A DNA stretch of 64,000 nucleotides from Octopus sinensis (Eukaryota), in assembly GCF_006345805.1 (NCBI RefSeq), contig NC_043011.1:40250464-40314463 (forward strand), read 5' to 3'. This document shows positions 39,231 through 51,962 of the stretch, piece after piece. A model generated the notes under the pieces. That model did no database searches. It saw only the letters and a program-made list of their open reading frames with translations, and was not told the DNA's origin. The position numbers and the translations under genes are program-made. Each line of letters begins with the position of its first letter. Position 1 is the first letter of the stretch.

Positions 39231-40973
39231 CATTATTAGAAATCATTACATATCTCATCCTTCCATTTTTGACAATGTATTTCAAATTATTTCAACTTGT
39301 GTGCGAGAAAAAAAATTTTCTATCCCTCCACCCATTCTCTTTTTATCTATTATTTCTGGCAATTCATTTCCTTTATATAACATAAATCCCTTTCAAATTT
39401 GGTCCCTACTAATTGCATAAGAACCCTTTCGTCTACAGTCCATCATGTCTTAATTCTTCTAATTAAATTTCCATCTTGAAGACATTGTAAGAAGTAGAGG
39501 TCATAATGATAGCAAACAAAAGAACGAAAGGAAGTATTACATAAGATGCTGAACAAAACTAAAACGAATATCATTAAAAATAATTGATGTATGTTATTAA
39601 AAAAAGTATATATATATACATACATACATACACACGTTTATGGTCACAAAAATAAATTCCTTAAGTTCTTGTTGCACCAGCTCCACAAACTGATTTAAAT
39701 CCACTGTTGGAACCTTTCGTTTTTTCCCCCCTCTTGCATTTGCATGCATGTCCTAGAGAAAGGCTTGAATGTTGCAAACATCCACTACCCCTGTATCACC
39801 TACAAATCCGGGCCTTGCCTGGTTCCAACTGGGAGTTAAAACTGGTTTGTGGATTCGATGTGCAAGGAATGTAGCTTTTTTGAATCAAATAAGAATGCCT
39901 CTTTAGCAGTATTAACAACAGTAATGTAGTCGTAGTCATAGCAATAATAATGATGATGATGATGACGACTTATTTTCTATGCCATGATGACAAAAGATGA
40001 TAATGATAATAATTTGTTACATGTAATTGATCATCAACTTTATAGGCAAACAGAAGTTACCAAATGCTTTTTTCCCTTTTTACGTGGCTTTCTTTTTTTA
40101 AATGTTAGATAATTGTTATAATTCTCTTGGTTCTGAAGGAACTTTGTCTTTAATCATGTTGTTTGTGATGGTATTCTTATTTTAACGTTACTTTCAATTG
40201 TGTTTTTCTGTTTAACTGATAGGTTATCGTCTGTGTAAAGAAATTCAGCAATAGTTTAGATACTGTAAGGAAGAGAATATACTTTTGCGTTTTGTCAAGA
40301 AAATCAAGCTTTTACATTTCTAAATTTCATTCTGGTTATGCAATGTCAATGGACAGTAGAGGCCAGCTAAAAGTGTAATGCAGTACAGGCTAGCCAACTT
40401 GGTGGTAGTTCAAAGTAAGGTTGACCTCTGCCCAACGGGTGAAATGACTATGGATCATGTTATATGGAAAGGTGCTTTATTACAAACCTGTGTGTAAAAT
40501 TGGATGGTAAAATTATGATGGTGATATTTCTTCCAATAATACGTCAAGCCAACTGAATCCTTGCAAATTTCCACAAATACTAGTCAACTAGGGTATCTTC
40601 TTTGTTGTTGCTTGAACTGGTAGAAATAGCTACCAAATTTCTATAGGTCACTGCCTACTATCTAAAAAGAAAGAATACACTGGGTAATGTAATCTGAAGT
40701 ATAGTATGTCTCAATAAAATGTGGAATGATCACACTACAACACCCAAAATGAGAGCAAGACTTCAGTGTGTGCCCTGGGTCTGGAACAGCTCTCACACAA
40801 GGAATGTATTGAATATTTCGGCATGAGCCCTATAACTAACCATCTGACCATTTAAACACTTTACAAACAATGCAGAACAACAGTTCATTATAATGTAACT
40901 GTGTTTGATGAATGTTTTTTTGTTTTTGCAAGGTTATGGAATATTTATTCCTAAGGGAGTGGAAACTCTAGAA

Positions 40974-41127
40974 CAGTGATGGACAGCCTGTGGCCCATGT
41001 GACTTTCTGAATAACATGCTTAATATAAAAAAAAAATTACCTTAAGATTTTTTTTAGTAGTGTGGCCCACCTAATGATGAACCATGTCTTATTCAGCCCA
41101 CTTCTTGAAAATGGTTAACCGTACCTA
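40974..41127. mobile_element. hAT/Charlie-type MITE, decayed
   Basis: Starts CAGTGATGGACAGCCTGTGGCCC, has an internal tgtggccc, and ends aaaatggttaaccgtaccta. Flanks CTCTAGAA and CTCTTCAA resemble the NTCTAGAN Charlie target duplication. Confidence 0.5.
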
Positions 41128-42243
41128 CTCTTCAATAATGAAATTTCTTACTGTTAGAATTATCGTCGTTTTTTTTAAATTTTTTTTATTATTCACTTAT
41201 ACTCAATAATGTATTACTCCTTGCTTAGTCTCTGGCAATACTTTAACTTGCACAATGTATCATTCAAGTATTCTCCCTTTGTCTTTAAACTGAGAATTTA
41301 CTATTCAAGCCCTAAAATGTAGGGTAACACATCTAAGGTAGGATTGCTCCCACTGGGACACTAAGTTCCTCCATCCAAATTACCAAACTGTCTACATATT
41401 AAGATTGTGTCAGTGCTTTTATTTAACTATTAAAATCTTGCTGTGCTTTCTCTACATAAATCTCCCAATCTTGTTAGAAACTGGAGATTTTAATGAAGAC
41501 TACTCAACAATAACATTTTACTGCTATCTTTAGGCTATAAGATATATATGAAATAATAGCTTTCCTTTCAAAAGCATCTCTGTTTGTGTGCTGTGTCTTA
41601 ATAATAATAATAATCTCATCTCTCTATTAGGAATTGGATAACTTTTACTCTAGATCACAGGAAAATTGGTTTATTTTATCACCCTCTTCTGCCCTCTTAC
41701 CAATTGCAATTTAACTTGTTTCTTATACTGACCTTCACATACCATAAAAAACAAAAAAAAATTCAACCTCTTAATTATATTCTATTAATTACTATTTATT
41801 TTACAGGAAGACTTGTCTCTGTTTTTGTATTGCTTTTTCTGTCTCGTTTTTATTCTCTCAACCTTTCTACCCTCCCTCTTTTGTTTACTTGGTGCCGATT
41901 ATTGTTGGCATCAAGGGTTGAGTTTTGTACACACAGAAAAAAATGGTTATCTGTGATATTCATGCTTTTCCAAAGGATGTTTGTTACATAAGTGAAAGCA
42001 GTTTTACTGTTGTAATTGTTAAATGAAATTGGATTGGATTATGAGCTTGGGCTGATAAAATGGTATGTAGCCATTTTACTAAACAAAACAGACTTTAGAT
42101 GCATATAAGATGGTTAGCTCATTGGCTAGGTATGATCCACAGATCCAGATATGCCCTGCAAAGATGTGTACTTGATTAAATAGCTAGCATTATATTTATT
42201 AGTTTTGTTTATTTTATGGAGTTCAGAGAGATACAAGGCTACC

Positions 42244-42460
42244 TCAACCCTTTTGATACTAAACTACCAATGGCTGCTCCTGGTTCTGTGATACAAATTT
42301 CTTGTTTTAAAGCAATCTGTATTAGAACTTTTCTAGCAAAATTTCACGTTAATTTATAGTCGAAACAACAACTAAATGATAAGTTATTATTCATTTTATA
42401 ATTTGATTATAAAGGCATTGGATTTCAACAGAAAAATAGTAATAAAAGGTTTAAGCATCT
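42244..42460. mobile_element. TTAA-CCC MITE family copy
   Basis: tcaacccttttgatac ... gtaataaaaggtttaa termini, with family-internal motifs. Confidence 0.65.
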
Positions 42461-42519
42461 TTGGAATAGAGCTGTTGAATGGAAGTCATTTAGTATGGCT
42501 CATTTAATTACTTACTCCA

Positions 42520-43000
42520 ATAATAATAATAATAAATAATGATTTCAAATTTTGCCACAAGGGCAGCAATTTTGGGGAAGGGGGATAAGTTGATTACATT
42601 GATCCCCAGTGTTCAACTGGTACTTATTTTATTGATCCCAAAAGGATGAAAGGCATTTTATGGAGTTCAGAGAGATATAAGGCTACCTTAACCCTTTTGA
42701 TACAGAATTTGAACTTAACGTAAAGACAGACAAAATGTTGCTAAGCATTCCATCTGGCATGCTAACGATTCTGCCAGCTCACCACATTAATAATAATAAT
42801 AATAATAAATTCATATTTTGGTACAAGGCTAGCAAGGTGAAGGTAGAAGTTGATTGCATCAATCTGTGCTCAACTGGTACTCATTTTGTCAACCCTGAAA
42901 AGATGAAAGGCAAAGTCAACCTCATTGGAATTTTAGTCCAATGTACAGTTGGAAGAAATGCCACTAAGCATTTTGTTTGGTGATTCTGCCAGCTTGCTGT
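42520..43000 (-). mobile_element. Two tandem family B SINEs
   Basis: Two (AAT)n-first copies, each ending in gattctgccagct (the reverse complement of the head). Confidence 0.8.
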
Positions 43001-46000
43001 CTCCACTAGATAATAATGATGATAATAATAATAATATTGTTGATGTTTTCTTTTAACAAAGCACAGGTTAGGAGAGAGACAGTGATATAAAATTACCTTC
43101 AGTAAACCAGAGACTTCGTTAGTATCAGTTTTAAAATATTTCTATTGGGAATTATGGAAAAATAAGAGGAGAGAGAGCATGAAAAAATAAGTTTAATCCT
43201 TAAATCATTTTATGAATAACAATTAAACAAAAATCATTTAAATGAACAAAAATGGATTAAAATTCCAGCAAATAGATTTTCTTTTTTCAGTTTTTGTTTT
43301 TTAATCTTTATTCTCTGACCTTGTTGTGAAATCAAAATTATGTGAAGATATCAATTTAGGTTTTCAATAACTCAGCTGTAAACATAGATTGTACTTTTGA
43401 AATTGGACTAAAGAATCGTAGTCTTTTTATAGCAGGGATTTTAGAACTGATTTGGATAATTAAGTAGACAGATTATAGATAATGCATAGTATTTGATAAA
43501 CTAGCGTTAAGCTAAGATCATACCACAGTTAGAAACCTAAACTGAATTCAAGCCCACATGAGGACATGGGGATTTTGCCGCCTTGCTGGATTGTGTAGTG
43601 TGATGTGTTGAGCTGGTAGGGTTTGGAAAGCTAAATAGCCAAGATCATTATAACTCGTTACTGTATGGTTTCCTTTGTATAGTCCCCTGCCACTGCACTA
43701 ATTTAAACATCCTTAATGTGAGAAAACTGACTGGCTAAGGTAGCTCCTACTTGGTCGTCCAATCTACTACAAATGGCTGCTAATAGTTTGGACAGATCTT
43801 TGACATACAGGAGGAAATTTAGGCAGGAATTTTTATTTCCTGTTATTGCTCCTTACCTGCTTTCAAAGACAGTTACTTTTCAAGTATGTGTATTTTGCCC
43901 CCATCCCTCCCATGAGTAATTTGCAAGTGTAGAGCCATTGGGCAATTTGTTAACAGGATATGTCAACAAATATTACTTGTTGCAGCCCATTCACAAATGG
44001 TAACATTACACAATGGAGCTGGAGTTCAGCATAGATTGTGAATATTCTCTCTCACACACACACACATACACATACACTCACACATACACACAAGGGGTTT
44101 CTTTTAGTTTTCATCTGTCATATTCCCTCACAAGGTACTGTGAAGTGGGACTGAGCCTGAAACCATTTGACTGGGAAGCAAATTTGTTAAACAGCCTTGC
44201 CTCTGGCAGATACGTAGGGAAAATGAATTTTAAATTTTCCAGTTGGATAGTTTGGCTTCAGGGATAGTTCCTGTTGGGAAATGACAGAAGAATATGCTCC
44301 CGTTCATAAACCCTAGATCTTAAGCTTGATGATTTGTGGCCCAAATTAGAAACCATTGTTATTTACTGGCTTTGTGCCAAAATGGAAAAAAAATTATAAA
44401 TCATAAATTTCATCTGTGGAGTGTCAGAAAATGATAGAATACTGGATTGAATTCCTTACAGCATTGCGTTACATCCCTTTATGTTTAACTCAGTCATGCA
44501 CTTGGATTGATATTAATTAAACTTTCTCACCTGCAAATCACATATTGGAGAATGTCTGTTCTTTAAGCACAGTTTGCAGTTTGGTTTCAATTGCTGGTTG
44601 GACATAACACATCTGATCTTTGTTCCACTCTTTGTTCTCAATCTAGGGAGTTATAATGTAATCAAAAAACATTCTGTAGAATGATTGGATTGTTGTTATT
44701 GTCATCAATAGCGATCTGATGTTTGTTTTCACATCAGTTGTGGCATTGTTAGGACAAATCTGACAGAACATCATCACATTTTGGTGTATAAAACTCTGTA
44801 CATAATCTTTTGTGTAGCTTGATCTTCCAATATTAGATATCTTTCACCCTCATTCAAACCATCATTATTTAACATCCATTTTCCATGCTGGTATCAGTTG
44901 AATATTTAGGCAGGATCTGGCACTTAGCCCCAGTGTCAGTTTTGGCATAGTTTCTATGGCTAGATACCCTTTGTATATTTTTATAATCAATCTGTATTTG
45001 CCTAGTATTTTTTTCCTTTAAATGTATGTAAATAGCACCAAAAAAATAAATAAATAAAGTGTGAAATTTCTTTTATAAACATTCAAAGCATTTTCCTACA
45101 AACCTCTTAATTTAAATGTTCATATATATATATATTGTATATTTATCAATTTTTTGTGCATTTTCAGGGACATGCAATACAATCTTCTTTGGAATTATAT
45201 GAGATTTTATAGTATTTACATTAGATTCCCCAGCCAGTAGGTCAAAAGCAATATGTTACTGTTGAAATATGATAATGCAATATAATAATGGCAATGTTGT
45301 GAACTTTCTTTTATAATGTCTACATTTGTACCATGTTGGGAAAATGTTTTATGTGTTATATGAAACTTTGGGGAAATTCTAGTTAGGCCTTAATGCTTGT
45401 CTTACATTTGCCAAGTGTGTGCTTAATGCAGTTATTCTAAAGAATATCTCTTGTTGCTTGCGTGTACGGTGTGCATGTGCGTAATACTGTCAAGATTTGT
45501 AATTTGCTTAGCATAGGTGTAGGAGCAAGGATCAAATAGCCGTAAACTGTGAACTTCTATCTCACTGTAGTGGAAGCACAACCAACTACAGAATGTATGA
45601 GAAGGGGTAAAATCAACCGTAATCCTGTGGAGATAGAATCAACTGTGTTTGCCTATATATTTTAATTGAAATTTATAGGAAAAATAACAACTTGCCCCAA
45701 AAACTTGGCAGTTTTAATTATTTATACATATGTAGAGCATTTGTTATATATTGGTTAGGAGTTTTATACATGACTTTAACAGCTTTGGTTTTTGATTTGA
45801 CCATTCCAAAAGAAACTAATTCTTGTTAGTGGATTCCTTAATATTTGATCACAAATTCGTGTTTACAAGTGTATAATATGCATCTGTATAAATGTGCTAT
45901 GTGATATGCATGTGTGTGTGTGTGTGTGTGTGATATGTAGGCTTTTATTTGTACATGTGTCACATTGTCATATATACATCCAGATAGATTCTTATGCATA

Positions 46001-47346
46001 AATTTTATTATGCTTTTTGTTATCCATCACAAGCCACAATGATGACAACAAGAACAACTAGATCTGAAACCTAAACAATTGGTTGGGCATTGTGAAGTCT
46101 TCAGTGATGCTCTTCATTCATACAAGAGCTTGGTTTGGTGTTCGTTCCTTCTCCATCCACTTTTGATCAGACAATTGCAACAAGACGGACGAGATTTTTT
46201 TTTTTTTTTTTTTTAGCAGTATCTTACATGGAGAAGATGTTCTTGTTTTTATTTATTTCTGTAGTTCTGTATTTTTAGCTTTGATTTATGTTATTTATAT
46301 TCCTGCTTCTTACGAGCATATCTAATTTGATCAGTATCTCAGAAGTTATGAATTATTCAAGGGCAGATTGTAATATTATTCCATCATTGGAATTGCTTAT
46401 CTGTCTGTCTGCAATATTCAGTTCCAACTTGATAAATTGTCTTTCTATTATTATTATTATTATTATTATTACTACTATTACTTCCTGTCTTCCATTTTTT
46501 TCTATTTTCTCAAATCAATCCTCTTTTCTCGTGTATTGTTAGATCGTAAGCAATCCTGGCTTGTTCTTTTTGTATGTGATTCATTAATCATGGTCAGGCC
46601 TTTACATCGGCATAGCTGATGAGCCTAGTTACATTCTTTGTTTCTACCCAGTTTATTGTTTTAAGTTCAATTCTAGAGAGTAGCAATGGTAAAATAAACA
46701 CCACTCATGTACTCAATTGGAATCAGTACTCTGCATCCCTGCAATCAATTTCTAACTTCATAACTTAAGTTGAAAGGGTTTCTATGTACCCACTTGAACT
46801 ACTAAAAATAGCAGCTATATCTCCCTCTTATCATACAGCATCATTTTAAAAATATGGGAAGTACACATTAGATAATATTGACCTTGTACAAAGATGGGAT
46901 GGTCAAGGCTGGGATGTCTTTGATCACCTGTTTGACCTATTCCTAAACAACAAGAAGCATGCTATACATATATGTGCCTTTTACTTTTATTTTTTTTTAC
47001 ATATTAGTAATAATGTGTTTTATGGTTAAAAAAATTTTAATGGCCACCATGCTCTTTCAAGGACTTAAATCCCTTAGGAAATGGGTGTAGATTGGTAATA
47101 GGAATAGCAGCTGCCTGTGAAATGCTGTCTCAAGTAGGCATTAGATGAATTAATCTGTGTGACCCAAACATGGCCACGGTCTACTGACTATATAACTTAA
47201 AAGAATATATTTTGCCAAACACTAGTCTTTGGTACTTAGTATGCAATAGATTTCACTTAATTACTTTTGATATTCTCTGTACAGCATAAAAGTGTATCAC
47301 TGTGGGTGGGAGGATGTTAGTACATGCACATTAGTTACACACACAC

Positions 47347-47406
<60 letters not shown>

Positions 47407-47460
47407 TTGAATTTGTTTTCATTATTGTCTTTGTGTAATTTTTTATTGTCTTAAAGTGCA

Positions 47461-47841
47461 ACAGGTGCTGGCAAGGCAATGTTTAAAATGCTTGCTTCCC
47501 AACAAACTTCTCAGGTTCAATCTTGCTATGTGTCTTCTATTGTTCAGGCTGACCAAAGCTTTGTGAGTGGATTTGGTAGATGGAAAGTGAAAGAAACCTG
47601 TGTGTGTGTGTGTGTGTGCCATCTTGTGATGCTTGTATACAAGCAGCACCATTGTACAAGCAATGTCATTCATTTCCAGTCTTCTGTGACCCCCAAAAAA
47701 GGAGAAAATGTCTGGGCATGGGAAATATAACCAGATGAGGGTTGGAAACAGGGAAGGGTGTCTGGCCATAGAAAAACTGCACCAACAAATTCTGTCTCAA
47801 CCATGCAAGTATGGAAAGATGGACAGTAAGTGATGATGATG
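47461..47841 (+). mobile_element. Family A SINE with tail type 2
   Basis: Head ccaaagctttgtgagtggatttggtagatggaaa, then (GT)n, then gagggttggaaacagggaagggtgtctggccatagaaaa...tgatgatgat. Confidence 0.8.
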
Positions 47842-49605
47842 GTGGTGGTGGGTATAGGAAAGTTATGACATATAAATGATTTATTTTAGCAATTTTGTTT
47901 ACTTTATGATGTCAGGTGAGAATTATGTTTCAACTTGCACAAGATCTTTTCTCCCATCATGGAGAGAATGTCTATCTGTGATAATTTATAATTCTTTTCC
48001 TCTTATTCTTTTGTACACATTCCGTTCAGAGCTCGATATTTAAGTGTAGGAAATACTAGGTTGAAGAATTGTAGCATTAATGATTCACCTGTGATTCACT
48101 CCAGAAACCTGTGATAATCTGTTTACTGAAGCCTTGTTACTGTATAGGCTTTGTTTAGTTAAAAACCTTGGTATATTTTCATGGATATACAATTTATGTG
48201 TTGCAGATATGAAATGTAAGCATGAAATGCATTTGTGTTTGTAGCCTTTCTGGAAGCTAATGGCTTGAAAAATTTTGATAGCTTCTATAATATTTCCGTT
48301 TATGGCATATAATTTGTATATATTTTATTTATTTGGAGAGAAAAAAAAAAAAAACTTGACAGACAGACTGACAGAGTTTATCACTGGGAAATATCAAGTT
48401 TCCTATCTATAACAACTTGGTCACTTATAATATCCAATATATTATAATTAAGTACCTAATAGAGTATGATTGATTGATATTTTTTTTTTTTTTTAATTGT
48501 GTATTCTGCTGTCCCGTTAAAATAACATTGACCTTCTGCATTAACCAAAGATATCTCTGTAAAAATACTATTAGAAAGATAATAATCATTAACGATTGGA
48601 AATTCTCTCGTCTTTCATTTCTCAATTATTATTATTAGTAGTAGTAGTATTAGTATTATCATTGTTGTTGTTTTTAACGAAACAGCTTTTTTTTTTATAT
48701 ATATATATATAATTATTTTCTTTTAAGATGTTTCGATTTTAGCAATAACTTCAATGAAAATAGAGGTCGCATTCTTACACATCTTTAATCTCTACCAATC
48801 TCTTATCTGTCGGGTCATTGTTGCATCTAATTTCTCTCTGCATGAGAAACAACCCATTTCTGTTTCTGTTGGCATCATCACCATCACCATCCCCACCATC
48901 ACTTTCACCTGTTAAACTGCTCTTTTTTATTTTTTTTTTTCTGTTCTTTTGTTTTACTCGTTTTTGATCTTTCTGTATAGAAGAAAGTGGCAGCATTAAT
49001 TTTAATTATCTTTTCAAATCCTTTTACAAGTAAAACAAAACTGGGTCCCATTGTGAGGAATAAAACAATGAGTAGCATTTCTTTTCTTTTTTACTATTGA
49101 ATCGATTTCAATACATCGACCTCTTGTCTTGATTTCATCGAGAAATTTTGGATAGCTTTATAACTTTCTACTACATTACTGTGAAATCCCTAGGTGGTGA
49201 AATTTTTGAAAAAAGTTTTGATAATTTCATCGAAAGACAGTTATTTTTTTGGAAGCTTTTTTTTTTTGTGTGTATGTGAGGAAAAAAAAAAATGAACAAA
49301 ATCTGGGTTGATCAACAAATTTTGGATAGCTTTTTGTAGATTTCTTCTGAATTTCCCATTTTTTGTTGGGAAAATGTGAGCAGACAACCTGATGAATAAA
49401 AATGCATGGAATCTGAAACAAAAGCATCTCTTTAGTGTGTGTGTGTGTGTTGGGAGGGATGCGTGGAAGAGGTCATTTCTTTCTTTCTTATATATTAATC
49501 TCCATCTTTTCTATGACCCTAATTTTTATCTATTCCTCTTTTGTTCTCTGTACAATATTTAAATTTCTCATTTGCATAATTTACTAATTTATTTATTATA
49601 GTATG

Positions 49606-49649
<44 letters not shown>

Positions 49650-50690
49650 TTGTTTGTCTGCCTCTGTCTGTCCCTCACTCTGTTTCTCATGTTTTGCGTT
49701 TTCAAGTTCAAATCCTGCTAGGGTCCAGATATTTTTTATTTATTAGCCATTTATTCTTTTGGGACTGAAGTAACTATCAATAACAGTAAAATACTGTTGT
49801 TGAATTATTTGTCAGAATGTGCAGGCACACAGACACACATGCACACAGACACACATGCACAATGTGTGTGTTTGCTTATGTGGCCATTCCATGTCACAAT
49901 ACGATTTATAACGTTACATCACTTCAATGTTCAATAATTTACATACTTATAAGGAAGTGTCAAATCAGAGGAAACTCGATATTTGCCATAAAGCTAAGTG
50001 TGTTCTTTGTCACTGTCACAAATCATATTAACACCATTTATTTTAGTCATCCAGTTTGAATCTGTCATTAATATTGTTTCATACTTAAATCTCTCTCTCT
50101 CTCTCTCTCTCTCCGCATATATTTAAATGTATGCAAATGTCTGCAGTTCAACTGTCACTCTGCAGTCTAAATTTTTGTCACATTCTTGGAGTGTCCTTGA
50201 TCTATCAAAGTGCTGAGAAGTTGGCAAATGATAGATTGACGGAGGTTTGTATGGAAATATTCTAGTGGTTTCTAAAGTTTATAATTTAACCCCTTGTTCT
50301 TTCTTGATCACTTTATAACTTTGCTAGCAGAATTTGCATGAAATGACCGAGAAATCTTGCAACAATTTTTGCATGTTGCTGCAAAATTTATCTATTATCA
50401 CATTATTGACAACCTCTGGCAAGAATAGTGAACAATATATTGTGGCATTATTATTAAAAGGAACAAGACTGCAAGCTGGCAGAATCATTAGTGCGTTAGT
50501 CAAAATGATTAATGACATTTCTTCTAGTTCTTAACATTCTGAGCTCCAATCCTACCAAGATCAACTTTGCTTTTTATTCTTTCAGGGTTGATAAATAAAG
50601 TACAACTTAACCCATTAGTGCCCATGGTCCTTTTTCTAGGACCAGAAGGATAATCCATCATATTTCTAGAACATCTGTATTTTTCTGAGA

Positions 50691-51962
50691 TTGCAGGAGA
50701 AATACCTAGCCAAAGATAAGCCCTTGTACCTGGCTTTTGTTGACTTGGAGAAAGCCTTTGACAGGGTCCCCCGATCCCTTATCTGGTGGTCAATGAGGAA
50801 ACTAGGGATAGAAGAATGGTTGGTGAGAGCTGTGCAAGCCATGTACAGAGACGCTGCTAGTAAGGTGAGGGTTGGCAACGAGTACAGTGAAGAATTCCGG
50901 GTAGAGGTTGGGGTCCACCAAGGTTCAGTCCTCAGTCCCCTCCTATTTATCATAGTCCTCCAGGCAATAACGGAGGAATTCAAGACAGGTTGCCCCTGGG
51001 AGCTCCTCTATGCTGATGACCTTGCTCTAATTGCTGAGTCACTATCAGAACTGGAGGAGAAGTTTCAGGTGTGGAAACAAGGATTAGAATCGAAGGGCCT
51101 TAGAATCAACCTAGCCAAAACCAAAGTCCTGATAAGTAGGAAGGTAGATCAATCACATACGCCTTCAGGTAGATGGCCCTGCTCGATCTGTAAAAAAGGT
51201 GTAGGTAGAAACTCTATAAGATGCACCAAGTGTAAGCTATGGACACATAAGAGGTGCAGCAATGTCAAAGGAAGGCTAACTAGGAAAATAGTTTTTGTCT
51301 GTGGCAAATGCTCAGGAGCAATAAACACTGGAAATGTGCAGAGACCAACTTCTGCCACGTTCCAGGGAGACAAACTAGAAGTAGTTGATAGCTTCCGCTA
51401 CCTAGGAGACCAAGTCAGTAGCGGGGGCGGGTGTGCTGAAAGTGTAACTGCTAGAGTAAGAATAGCCTGGGCAAAGTTTAGAGAGCTCTTACCCCTGCTG
51501 GTGACAAAAGGCCTCTCGCTCAGAGTAAAAGGCAGACTGTATGATGCATGTGTACGTACAGCCATGCTACATGGTAGTGAAACATGGGCCGTGACTGCTG
51601 AGGATATGCGTAAGCTCGCAAGAAATGAAGCCAGTATGCTCCGATGGATGTGTAATGTCAGTGTTCATAATCGTCAGAGTGTAAGTTCCTTGAGAGAAAA
51701 GTTGAACCTAAGAAGCGTCAGTTGTGGTGTGCAAGAGAGACGTTTGCGCTGGTATGGTCATGTGATGAGAATGGCTGAAGATAGTTGTGTGCAAAAGTGC
51801 TACACCCGAGCAGTTGAGGGAACCTGTGGAAGAGGTAGACCCAGGAAAACCTGGGATGAGGTGGTGAAGCACGACCTTCGAACTTTAGGTCTCACTAAGG
51901 AAATGTCTAGAGACCGAGACCTATGGAAGTATGCTGTGCGTGAGAAGACCCGGCAAGACTAG
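50691..51962 (+). CDS. RTE reverse transcriptase, C-terminal 423 aa (truncated; the TTG start is not a true initiator)
   Basis: Non-LTR RT motifs LAFVDLEKAFDRVP, GVHQGSVLSPLLF, LLYADD, GLRINLAKTK and FRYLG, then RTE-type C-terminal motifs LHGSETW, RRLRWYGHV and GRGRPRKTW. Confidence 0.92.
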   Translation: MQEKYLAKDKPLYLAFVDLEKAFDRVPRSLIWWSMRKLGIEEWLVRAVQAMYRDAASKVRVGNEYSEEFRVEVGVHQGSVLSPLLFIIVLQAITEEFKTGCPWELLYADDLALIAESLSELEEKFQVWKQGLESKGLRINLAKTKVLISRKVDQSHTPSGRWPCSICKKGVGRNSIRCTKCKLWTHKRCSNVKGRLTRKIVFVCGKCSGAINTGNVQRPTSATFQGDKLEVVDSFRYLGDQVSSGGGCAESVTARVRIAWAKFRELLPLLVTKGLSLRVKGRLYDACVRTAMLHGSETWAVTAEDMRKLARNEASMLRWMCNVSVHNRQSVSSLREKLNLRSVSCGVQERRLRWYGHVMRMAEDSCVQKCYTRAVEGTCGRGRPRKTWDEVVKHDLRTLGLTKEMSRDRDLWKYAVREKTRQD

